Shown here: in pieces, positions 9,244 through 18,033 of the stretch
Numbering within the stretch: position 1 is the stretch's first letter
Layout of the letters: each line of letters starts with the position of its first letter
Program-made: the position numbers and the translations under genes
From: an uncultured Bacteroidales bacterium
GTDB taxonomy: Bacteria; Bacteroidota; Bacteroidia; Bacteroidales; GCA-2748055
DNA length: 64,000 nucleotides
Reading direction: 5' to 3'
Assembly: GCA_963771005.1 (NCBI GenBank)
Contig: CAVYRO010000008.1
Location: forward strand, 762,102-826,101
The notes under the pieces: model-generated
What the model saw: the letters and a program-made list of their open reading frames with translations, nothing else
Databases searched by the model: none
Told to the model about the DNA's origin: nothing

Positions 9244-9330
9244 GGAGGAATGGCAGAGTGGTCGAATGCGGCGGTCTTGAAAACCGTTGTCCGCTTGCGC
9301 GGACCGGGGGTTCGAATCCCTCTTCCTCCG
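9244..9330 (+). tRNA. tRNA-Ser (anticodon UGA), class II with long variable arm
   Basis: Hand-folded cloverleaf. Acceptor GGAGGAA/UUCCUCC, D stem GCA/UGC, anticodon stem GCGGU/ACCGU with loop CUUGAAA. Variable arm GUCCGC-UUGC-GCGGAC, T arm GGGGG-UUCGAAU-CCCUC. CCA is not encoded. Confidence 0.95.
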
Positions 9331-9356
9331 CTTGATTAGTTCGCAGTATTTTGCAA

Positions 9357-9390
9357 AAGCCTGAAATCAGTCTGATTTTCAGGCTTTTTG
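9357..9390 (+). terminator. Rho-independent terminator after tRNA-Ser
   Basis: gcctgaaatcag / ctgattttcaggc stem followed by TTTTT. Confidence 0.7.
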
Positions 9391-9735
9391 CACTTCCAAT
9401 AAACCATATTCTTTATATCTCACTAATGGAATATTATTCATGAATAGTCCTGTATATATCCCGCTTCAACAACCCCTTATTTATTATATTACTAAGGATC
9501 AATATCTTACATAATTCCTGATAATTTATTAATGGAACTCAAATGACTATCCATGGTTCAATGCTGGTTAAGAAAGACAGATGAATTGACGACATTTTCA
9601 AGAGTCATCAATTGGTTTGTAATTTAAGGTCTGGAGGTGAGAATAAAATAAATCCCTGCACCATTGTACAAGAGGTAAAAAAATTCCACAGAAACTCGGA
9701 GTTCAAAAGTAAGTGCATCTTTTCAGCAAATTTTT

Positions 9736-9813
9736 TGTATTGCAATACATATTTTTATCGAATTTTTTGTATTGCAATACATAATTTCGCCGGATTTATT
9801 GTATTGCATTACA
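9736..9813. promoter_or_regulatory. Three copies of the 14-bp palindrome TGTATTGCAATACA at exact 32-bp spacing (operator- or iteron-like array)
   Basis: Perfect palindromes lie at 9736..9749 and 9768..9781. A one-mismatch copy (TGTATTGCATTACA) lies at 9800..9813. Each is embedded in a ~32-bp AT-rich direct repeat unit. Confidence 0.5.
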
Positions 9814-10164
9814 ACTTTTTCGGATCTTTTCTGAGAAGGCATCGCATTTTTCAGGATCTTCGTCAGGCCCGAACTGATAATTGATGACTGTCAGAACGAT
9901 CTCATTTCATTACCGGAGAGTGGTAATCATTCTTCTTTTGATCTATTTTCCGGCGTATTCTGAAGAAATTTTATCTTACTTTTTTTTCCCCATATACCAT
10001 ATCAGTCTCGTTTTTTCGAAAAATTTCATATCTTCATATTTCGAAAAAGTTTAGTTTACGGTGGAAGCAGAGATAAACTGCCAACGGAGTCATCGCAAGC
10101 TGCCTCGTAAATGACCCTGTGTAGCCTGAAAATACAGGGAATCTGGTAACCGTTTATACTGCCT

Positions 10165-11617
10165 ATGAGACACTTCGTCCTGCCCATGCTGTGTATGGTC
10201 TGCATCACTGTTTCCGGACAGGCCCAGGATCATCATGATTACAACCGGGAATTTTCCGAAGTCGTAAAAACATATAATGCATTCGCCTTGAAGCCTCTCA
10301 AGGCCGGATTCTGCGACTCTTCAAAGTTCAAATCCGATCTGATCCATGCGCTGGATCCCGGGCAGGTGATCTTCAGTGCATCCGATATCCTGAAGATCAG
10401 GAAGACAGATCCCCTCACCTTTCTGGACCCATCAGGTTCGTACAACCTGGAAAGAGGGAACCTTGTCAATATATATACAAGGAGCCTGGAGAGCTCTTTA
10501 GAGATCCTCTGTGAACTGGATACACTAAAGCCCAGTCTCCTGAAAGCCGATTCCACCCTGAATCCTTACACCTGGGATGAGGACTATTATTCCAGGGATA
10601 AAAAGGAGAGATGGCAGGCGCTGCTCAAATATAAATTACTCAATAATCTTTATGATAAGACAAGAAGAGATTCAACCGGGCTTACTGCCGATATTCCCGA
10701 CAGTTCCCTGATGAATGTTCTTTACATGATCACCCGGACCGAAAAGAAAACGCTGATGGATATTCTCAAGAGCAAACAGGGACCGGAACGAAAGGTTTTC
10801 GATGCTTACGCGAACAGTATGTTGTTGCAGGCCGATCCGCACAGCTCCTATTTTTCACAGGAAAGTTTCACGGATTTCAGGGATCACCTGTCTTCACAGT
10901 CGATGTCATACGGCATAAAGCTTGAACAGAAACCGGATGGCAGGTTTGTGATCGCGTCCATTCTTCCCGGCAGTTATGCCTGGAAAAAAGGACAAATCCG
11001 GGTTGGCGACGTTATCACGAAACTCGGCATCCCGGGATCCCAATCGATGGAGCTGGATTTCGCAGAGTACAGGGACATCAGCGATTATATCGGAAACCCG
11101 GAACCTTCGGAACTGACGCTGACGATCCTTGATGGATCGGGAAACCCCAAAGAAATTACATTTCCCCGGGAAGAGAATGCTGAAAGAGAGAATTCGGTGA
11201 GAGCCTATGTTCTGAATGGCCCCAAACGGGTGGGATATATTGTCCTGCCGGCATTTTGAAGAGCTTAAAAAACGATCCGCAGAAAGGGTGGATACCTGCA
11301 GAAAATTCAGGGAGATCAGCCGGATTGACAGTATCGGCATCGGTTATCTGAAGAAATATACCTTCATTCCGCTTCAACTTGAAAAATTCAAAGCCGGCAA
11401 AGATGAGCAGGAAATGCTCATCAATGAGATCAATGCCCTTGCATCGGACAGCACCAGGAATTTTACGGTCGAGAACATCAGGGCGGACCAGCGCATGATC
11501 AGGATGAGTGAATATCACGCAGACTTCCTGAGACAAGAATCCGGATCCCTTCTATCCGATCCTTATCTAGAGGAAACCTGGTTCATTCTTACGGATTACC
11601 TCGAATTAAATAAATGA
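10165..11617 (+). pseudogene. Decayed tail-specific (C-terminal processing, S41, Prc/Tsp-like) peptidase lacking the catalytic domain
   Basis: ORF 10165..11259 has the Prc-like N-domain and PDZ: DPHSSYFSQESFTDF...GIKLEQKPDGRFVIASILPGSYAWKKG...RVGYIVLPAF. It then stops. The C-terminal tail (DPYLEETWFILTDYL) continues in another frame (11216..11617). No DLRxNGGGS or catalytic Lys motif is present in any frame. Confidence 0.6.
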
Positions 11618-12678
11618 TCAAAACCATGAATACATGTAAAGATTTTATGCTCATTATCCTGCCTCTGGTCCTTATCAATGCATCACCATCAGCGCTTGAA
11701 GGACAGAGTCCCGCCGAAGCCGTTGCATATATGAATGTCATCGACGGTCAATACCAAAACATCCGCAATGATACCTGGGATTATACCAGTACCATGGCGC
11801 ACAGCCGGAGTGCAAGGAAAGTCGAAAAAAAACGGGCCGATCTAATGAAGACCATTCAAAAGTCCATCCAGGTGGTCAGGCACCTGCCTGCATTCAACAA
11901 TGATATTTCACTCCGGGATTCGACCCTTGCATACCTGAAGATGAATTTCTATATCCTGAACAACGATTTTGCAAAGATCATCGATATGGAGGAGGTGGCC
12001 GAACAATCATACGACCTGATGGAAGCTTATCTCCTGGCTCAGCAGAAGGCAGGTGAAAAACTGCAGGCTGCATCGTCCGTCATCGATGAGCAGTATAAGT
12101 CATTTGCCGGCAGGTACGGGGTGAACCTGATCGAAAGTCACGACCATGTTACACAAAACCTCGAAAAAGCAAATGAAGCGCTTACCTATTACAATAAGAT
12201 TTATCTCATCTTCTTTAAAGCCTACAAGCAGGAAGCATACCTGATCGAAGCCATGAATAAAAAGGAAGTCAGCGCCATAGAACAGAACCGGAATGCATTG
12301 TCGGTATTTTCAGATGAGGGTCTTCAGAAACTGGACAGTATTCCAAATTTTAAAGCGGATAATTCGCTTCATACGACATGCAGTAAGATGCTGACCTTTT
12401 ATAAGGAAGAAGCTGATCAGAAAATCCCGGTTATCTCCGATTTTATGCTAACTGCCGCCGGTTATGATAAGATGGTTGCACTATTCAACGCGAAAGACAA
12501 AGAGCTTTTAACCCAGGATGAGGTGAACGAATATAATAATACGTTAAAAGAATTCAAGAATGGAATAAGTCAATTTAACAGTACAAACAATTACCTGAAT
12601 TCGAGGCGAAGTAGTTATACCACGAGCTGGAATAATTGCGTAAACTCATTTATGGCGAGGCATATACCTCAAAAATAA
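11614..12678 (+). CDS. Exported alpha-helical protein of unknown function (354 aa)
   Basis: Intact ORF whose ATG overlaps the preceding stop (ATGA). Hydrophobic N-terminus. No family motif recognised. Confidence 0.6.
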   Translation: MIKTMNTCKDFMLIILPLVLINASPSALEGQSPAEAVAYMNVIDGQYQNIRNDTWDYTSTMAHSRSARKVEKKRADLMKTIQKSIQVVRHLPAFNNDISLRDSTLAYLKMNFYILNNDFAKIIDMEEVAEQSYDLMEAYLLAQQKAGEKLQAASSVIDEQYKSFAGRYGVNLIESHDHVTQNLEKANEALTYYNKIYLIFFKAYKQEAYLIEAMNKKEVSAIEQNRNALSVFSDEGLQKLDSIPNFKADNSLHTTCSKMLTFYKEEADQKIPVISDFMLTAAGYDKMVALFNAKDKELLTQDEVNEYNNTLKEFKNGISQFNSTNNYLNSRRSSYTTSWNNCVNSFMARHIPQK

Positions 12679-13116
12679 TATAGGGATGAAATGGATTTAA
12701 GTGATTAATTCCTGTATTTCATTTATAATTTGGATTGAAAGAATTTTTAGGATATCCATATTGAATTAATCCTTAAATCCTTATAATCAGGTAAATCAAG
12801 ATTCGGACATTTATTCATGTTTTTTAGCTCTCCCTTTTTATCCTTCTCATTTTATTCTTAGATTTACTTCAGTCCGGGACAGCCGTTTAACAGGAATGCC
12901 GGAAGACTGATAAGAAATCTTCGACCATTGTTTGCGGGTGGTTTGGGAATCGGCATAGGAATCGGACTACCACGCGGCGGATCTCCTCCCCGGATCTGGG
13001 ATGAAGGTGGGATTGCCATATAATTTCCTGATAATTTCAGGATCATGCAGATAGTAATGAAAGGTTAAACCTGGAACCTGGAACGCTTTACAGAATATGT
13101 AATTATAATCATTAAG

Positions 13117-14700
13117 ATGAAATTCAAAATAATTCTTCTGTTGCTTATTTTCCCGGTCTTCGGTTCGCAGGCGCAGGAGTATGAAAAGTATATTACAGAA
13201 CTGGAATCTGTTCTTGATGACAAAAGTACCTATATCCAACAACGGGAAGAACTTATTCAGCAGAAAAAGGAGGAACTTCATATCTTTGAATCTTCAAAAG
13301 AATTTGAAAAACAGATTCAATTATGCCTGCAATTGGTTTATGAATACCAATCCTATATTTATGACTCGGCCCAACACTACATAAGTCAGGCGAAGAAAAT
13401 TGCTTACCAGTCGAATAATAAGTCTTTGATAGCACATGTTAAAACCAGGGAGGGATTCGTGTTGCTGTCTTCAGGGCTTTTTAAGGAAGCAGTTGATACC
13501 CTGACTTCAGTCCATCCGGAATTTTTAAGTGATTCATTAAAGAGTAATTTTTTTTCCACACTTGCCCGGGCATATTACGATCTGGCCGATTACGGGCGTG
13601 ATCCCGTTTTCATGCCGGAATACATCTCGAGGGGGAATACCTACCTGGACAGTGCTTTGCTATTTGTTAAACCAAACACCAATGAATTCTGGGCAATAGA
13701 AAGCCTGCAGAGAATGAAAAAGTCAGACTGGAGCGGAGCCAAGTTCGCATTTCAATACTGGATGAATAATTTCGATCTTCCCAGACATTACAGCGCTATT
13801 GCTACCTCAAGTTTAGCTTATATCTATGATATGACAGGGTTCACCGACCTCGCCATTGAATATTTTGCCAGGGCAGCCATTGCTGATGTAAAAACGGCTA
13901 CAATGGAAACGGTGGCTTTACGGAACCTGGCTACCCTGTTATTTCAGAAAGGTGAAGAAAAGAGGGCGTACCGTTTTATTATTGAAGCATTGAATGATGC
14001 TTCCTATTACAATGCCAAGCACCGGAAACTGGAAGCCGGACATATATTACCAATTATTGAAGGTGAACGGATAAATGTAATAAAGAATCAGCGCGACCGT
14101 GTACTTATATTCACCGTTTTCATTTCGGTCCTGTTGGTTGCGTTGATTGTGGCTCTTATCATCATCTGGATATCTTTTAAACGGCTGAATGCTGCGCGTC
14201 TTGCTGTTCAGGAGTCGAATGAAAAGCTTAAGGAAGCAAACAAAATCAAGGATGAATACATTGCCTTGTTTTTCAACCAGAACTCCGAATATATTGAAAA
14301 AATCGAACGCTTGCAGAAATGGGTTAAACGGAAGGTGGCAGCAAACCAATTCGAAGGACTGAAGAAACTCTCCCAGAATATAAGCGTTGAGAAAGAAAGG
14401 ATAGCACTGTATGAACAATTTGACCAGATCTTTTTGAAACTGTTCCCAAATTTTACGGAAGAATTTAATAATCTCCTCAAACCGGATGAACGAATTCACC
14501 TAAATGATGGTCATCTGATGAATACGGACCTCAGAATTTATGCATTAATTCGCCTTGGGATCAATGACAATGAAAAAATAGCCAGTTTCCTGAATTACTC
14601 CGTCAATACGATATATACGTATAAAACGAAAATTAAAGGAAAAGCCAACTGTCCTTCAGATCAGTTCAAGAAGAAAGTGATGGAAATCAAATCGATCTGA
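13117..14700 (+). CDS. DUF6377-type PUL regulator (N-terminal signal, TPR-like sensor region, one TM helix, coiled coil, C-terminal HTH)
   Basis: 527 aa. Conserved stretches as I remember them for this family: AIADVKTATMETVALRNLATLLFQKGEEKRAYRFIIEALNDASYYNAKHRK, the TM segment VLIFTVFISVLLVALIVALIIIWI, and the C-terminal LRIYALIRLGINDNEKIASFLNYSVNTIYTYKTKIK. Confidence 0.75.
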   Translation: MKFKIILLLLIFPVFGSQAQEYEKYITELESVLDDKSTYIQQREELIQQKKEELHIFESSKEFEKQIQLCLQLVYEYQSYIYDSAQHYISQAKKIAYQSNNKSLIAHVKTREGFVLLSSGLFKEAVDTLTSVHPEFLSDSLKSNFFSTLARAYYDLADYGRDPVFMPEYISRGNTYLDSALLFVKPNTNEFWAIESLQRMKKSDWSGAKFAFQYWMNNFDLPRHYSAIATSSLAYIYDMTGFTDLAIEYFARAAIADVKTATMETVALRNLATLLFQKGEEKRAYRFIIEALNDASYYNAKHRKLEAGHILPIIEGERINVIKNQRDRVLIFTVFISVLLVALIVALIIIWISFKRLNAARLAVQESNEKLKEANKIKDEYIALFFNQNSEYIEKIERLQKWVKRKVAANQFEGLKKLSQNISVEKERIALYEQFDQIFLKLFPNFTEEFNNLLKPDERIHLNDGHLMNTDLRIYALIRLGINDNEKIASFLNYSVNTIYTYKTKIKGKANCPSDQFKKKVMEIKSI

Positions 14701-14864
14701 GAAAGAGAAAGAGGAAGAGGAACACGGATGATACGGATCTATACGGATTTACACGGATTTATAAGTATCGCGCAAGAGGAATACGGATGATTCGGGTTTT
14801 CGCAGATTTGTTAAGCGATAAATCAACAAATCAACAAATCAACAAATCAACAAATCAACAAATA
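14701..14864. repeat. Intergenic short-word repeats (aagaggaacacggat, acggat words, atcaacaa x5)
   Basis: gaaagaggaagaggaacacggatgatacggatctatacggatttacacggattt ... aaatcaacaaatcaacaaatcaacaaatcaacaaatcaacaaat. It starts immediately after the stop of 13117..14700. Confidence 0.9.
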
Positions 14865-14871
14865 AAAAAGG

Positions 14872-16845
14872 TCAGGGAATAATCACCTTCATCGTTTGGC
14901 TTTGGTTCCAGCTTACGATATAAAATCCCGGGTGTAAATTGCAAACAACAAGGGAATCGTCATGCAGGAATCCCTGGTAACATTCTCTTCCCCATATATC
15001 ATAAACCGAGACCAGTGTATCGGGTTTTCCGGAAATATGGAGGTTTCCATCCAAGGCAAATACACGGATGGCAGATGCTTCAACCCGGGGAATGGATAGA
15101 TTATTGCAGTTCTCGGTGAATGAAAAAGAAGCAGGTACCGGATTGGTGTCGGAAGATGCACCGATATTTTCATATTGAATTTTACACCAGGTGCCCTCCC
15201 CTTTCGGATTGGAGAAGTAGATGCCGTATCGCCCCGTCCCGTCAATTTTAATATCCCTGAGTGCGAGCTTATTTATATGATGCGTTGTGCTGCCGATGAA
15301 GACGGCATCGTGCTTCGAGTTGTAAAAATCAATATGGTGTATGTATATGTTTTGCAGGTCATATTGAGAACTGCTGTTTATGTGCAATGCCCCCTGAGCA
15401 TTCCCCCAAAGATCCCCGTCTACACCGACGGGACCGGCGGATACCCCGCCTTTATAAACGGAAATTTCATAAAACTCACTGTAACCGTCCTCGCTGAATG
15501 GCATTCCGGGGAAATCGCAGGTGACGCGGAACCCGGCTTCCATGGGATCTTTGATAACAATATTGTACGCTTTATTCTGCTTACCGCCGAAAAAACCCAG
15601 TCCCGAAGCACGCCAGTTATTTTCACTGGTACAGTAACGGAAGATGTTATTCTCGCACAATCGGTCGGCCCGCGACCAGGACGCCATATCGTCGTCTCCG
15701 TTATTCCGGAAGCTGCAATGTTCCACAACTGAATTCTTGCACCCGTAAGCCAGGTTCATCCCGTCAGCATAGTTATTGCGGAAACGGCAATGCTGAATAT
15801 TCAGGTTTCCCGAACCTTCAATCCAGCCGCCACATTCGAAATGTTCTATCCACAGATTACGGATTCCGGAATTGGATCCAAAACTGCCCATAAGGCCTTT
15901 GCCTACCTGGTAAACCGGGTCATTATTGTAATACCGTTTATTATTCAGGGTATTGAGGTACAATCCTTCCAGTGCCACATCGTTGCTGTAAGTTTCAATT
16001 CCCCGGTTGTTATAGGTACTTTTCTCATCTGAAGATGCAGAGAAATAGATTTCAGTGTACCACATTCCTGCTCCGATGATCCTGGTACCGTTTCCGTTTA
16101 TGGTAATGCGGCTGACAACATCATACCTGCCTTCAGGAATGTAAATGGTTTTACCGGCGTTTTGTGAGATAAACTGCTGTAAATTTCCTTTGTCAACCGA
16201 ATACGAAATCTTGTTTTCATCCGTGATCTCCTCAAAGGTTACCATTTCGGGTACCTCTTCCAGTTCCACGAAATCAATAGTATAGGGGACATCATTCTCA
16301 TCCGTTTTCTCCAGACGAAAAATAGCATCTGCCGGTATTTTCTCCTCCAGTTTCAGATGGATTTCATCGAAACGCATCCTGGGAAACTTTGTTACATCAG
16401 GAGTATTGTCGGGATATTTACTTCCTGATCTAAGAATATATTGCCAGGCCCAATAGGAGTTCAGTATAATAGTATCAGCCGGATTATCATTGATATATAA
16501 TACCAGGCTGCCTGTTAGCCCTTTTCCTTCCGTATCATCGGGTATTGAAAAGCGGATCGTCAGCCCGTCTGCCACTTCGTCATTTGTCCATTGAACCCAT
16601 GCTCCTTTTGCTATCAGTTGAACAGCAACCTGGTCTGAGGCCTCGGATTGTAATTCACGCTGATCGAAGGTTTGCGATAAGAAGTTGCCGTTAGTTTCAC
16701 AATACCCCGGCCCGGCTTCATATCTGAGATAGGGATGATCAAAATATCCCCGTTGAATTTCATCATCCATAAAGGGAACATGCTGGGCATTCAGGTTTGT
16801 AAGAAGCAAAAACATTCCGCTAACAAGGAGACTTTTTTTATTCAT
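14872..16845 (-). CDS. Right-handed beta-helix glycoside hydrolase with N-terminal CBM-like domain and T9SS C-terminal sorting domain; GH87-like (alpha-1,3-glucanase/mycodextranase-like) is a guess
   Basis: The track ORF begins at a TTG (16920). The ATG at 16845 gives the signal peptide MNKKSLLVSGMFLLLTNLNAQ. Beta-helix repeats include NNGDDDMASW. The N-terminus RYEAGPGY...EASDQVAVQL...LTIRFSIPD resembles CBM6/35-like modules. The C-terminus VSVYDIWGRE...LHPGFYIVSW...MKVIIP is T9SS-CTD-like. Confidence 0.7.
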   Translation of the reverse strand: MNKKSLLVSGMFLLLTNLNAQHVPFMDDEIQRGYFDHPYLRYEAGPGYCETNGNFLSQTFDQRELQSEASDQVAVQLIAKGAWVQWTNDEVADGLTIRFSIPDDTEGKGLTGSLVLYINDNPADTIILNSYWAWQYILRSGSKYPDNTPDVTKFPRMRFDEIHLKLEEKIPADAIFRLEKTDENDVPYTIDFVELEEVPEMVTFEEITDENKISYSVDKGNLQQFISQNAGKTIYIPEGRYDVVSRITINGNGTRIIGAGMWYTEIYFSASSDEKSTYNNRGIETYSNDVALEGLYLNTLNNKRYYNNDPVYQVGKGLMGSFGSNSGIRNLWIEHFECGGWIEGSGNLNIQHCRFRNNYADGMNLAYGCKNSVVEHCSFRNNGDDDMASWSRADRLCENNIFRYCTSENNWRASGLGFFGGKQNKAYNIVIKDPMEAGFRVTCDFPGMPFSEDGYSEFYEISVYKGGVSAGPVGVDGDLWGNAQGALHINSSSQYDLQNIYIHHIDFYNSKHDAVFIGSTTHHINKLALRDIKIDGTGRYGIYFSNPKGEGTWCKIQYENIGASSDTNPVPASFSFTENCNNLSIPRVEASAIRVFALDGNLHISGKPDTLVSVYDIWGRECYQGFLHDDSLVVCNLHPGFYIVSWNQSQTMKVIIP

Positions 16846-17120
16846 AACCGGGAAATTTTCGTAATTCAGAAAACCGAAATTACGAATAGATCTGAAAATT
16901 TCTAAATGCCTGCTTTTCAAACTATGGCTTTACCTCCTTCCCAGGGGTATTTTGGTTGAATTTACCTCTTTTAAATCTATATTTTTCCGCCTCTGATTAA
17001 AACTATAATGTTGATTCACTGTTATTTATACAACAAGCACATCTATATTATCCTTAAAATTTACTTTTTGCTGTCTTAAACTCCCTATTTTTATGCTATT
17101 CATTCACTAAATGTAAACTT

Positions 17121-17945
17121 ATGAAAAAATTTACTTTGATTGCCGCATTATTATTAATGATCGCGGTGATTTCAAAATCACAAACACTTAATAATCCAAA
17201 AGACGCCGATGGCTACTACATTGTTAAGTGGGACTGTTCTACCGATTCTTTTGCAGCTTCAAATGACATTGAAGCAGATGAAACTTTCACATTTGCCGTT
17301 GATGTCACCGGAACTCCCTTTGAAGACTGGTTAAAAGAAACCCCTACTGCCGCGGGTGCAACACGAGCCCTGGCTATTAACAAGTGGACAAATTTTGGCG
17401 ATGTGAGCGGTGGAACCAACCGTTTGAAGCAAATAAAAGAGAATATTTATGGCGCTACCTGGAATATTATTCAGATGGCCTCGACCATGAATGTTGAATC
17501 GGCCACCGGAACTGACTCCGTAGTTTATATCTACGGTCAGGTTTTCGGTTTTGAATATACAGCGGATAATCCGGGCGCAGGATGGTGGATGTGGCCTGAA
17601 GGGGTTGCGGAAGGTACGGCCATCGATCCCGGTACTGGTGCTATATTTAAAACTCTAGCCTATACAGGTACCAAAACCAGCCCTGAGATCTGGAGTGATG
17701 ATGTTGAAGGGGGCTTGTTCTTCTCCAATAATACACCGGAGAAAGGATATGGTCTGCCATGCGCATTATCTACAGGTGTTTCCAAAGTTTTCAGGAGTGA
17801 AGCTGAAATCGTTGGTCATGAATACTATAATGTACTGGGAGTAAGGCTGCCGATAGCACCAAAGAAAGGTTTTTATATTCACCGGATATTGAGATCTGAC
17901 GGCACCTCAGAGGTAGTCAAAGAGTTCAAACTCATTGATCAGTAA
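17121..17945 (+). CDS. Secreted protein of unknown function with probable T9SS C-terminal sorting domain
   Basis: 274 aa. Signal peptide MKKFTLIAALLLMIAVISKSQ. The C-terminus YYNVLGVRLPIAPKKGFYIHRILRSDGTSEVVKEFKL resembles type-A T9SS CTDs. Confidence 0.6.
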   Translation: MKKFTLIAALLLMIAVISKSQTLNNPKDADGYYIVKWDCSTDSFAASNDIEADETFTFAVDVTGTPFEDWLKETPTAAGATRALAINKWTNFGDVSGGTNRLKQIKENIYGATWNIIQMASTMNVESATGTDSVVYIYGQVFGFEYTADNPGAGWWMWPEGVAEGTAIDPGTGAIFKTLAYTGTKTSPEIWSDDVEGGLFFSNNTPEKGYGLPCALSTGVSKVFRSEAEIVGHEYYNVLGVRLPIAPKKGFYIHRILRSDGTSEVVKEFKLIDQ

Positions 17946-17962
17946 GCATTGCCTGTTACAGG

Positions 17963-17998
17963 AAAGCGAGGTATACCGGCTTCGCTTTTCTTTTCCTC
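17963..17998 (+). terminator. Candidate terminator between 17121..17945 and susC-like gene
   Basis: aaagcga / tcgcttt stem (17963..17969, 17982..17988) followed by the T-rich tcttttcctcttc. Confidence 0.4.
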
Positions 17999-18033
17999 TT
18001 CAAACCGTTTAGATCGCTTTACAACCTATTTTC

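Noticed and set aside
9612-9884. A 90-aa ORF in the tRNA-downstream region.
   Set aside because: It runs across the triple palindrome/AT-rich repeats and is Phe/Ile/Asn/Cys-rich. No start context or homology features are recognisable.
9244-10164. An integrated mobile element at the tRNA-Ser 3' end.
   Set aside because: There is no integrase or excisionase ORF, no duplicated tRNA 3' segment that I could find by eye, and no cargo genes. It is kept only as a 'possible scar' hypothesis in the findings.
15175-15732. Long antisense ORFs inside real genes (e.g. 15175..15732, 20185..20640, 36345..36923, 48021..48602, 57166..57732, 59273..59851).
   Set aside because: Each lies entirely within, and opposite or out of frame to, a longer ORF with clear family motifs. 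Their sequences are compositionally odd (Arg/Pro/Gly-rich or His/Ile-rich).
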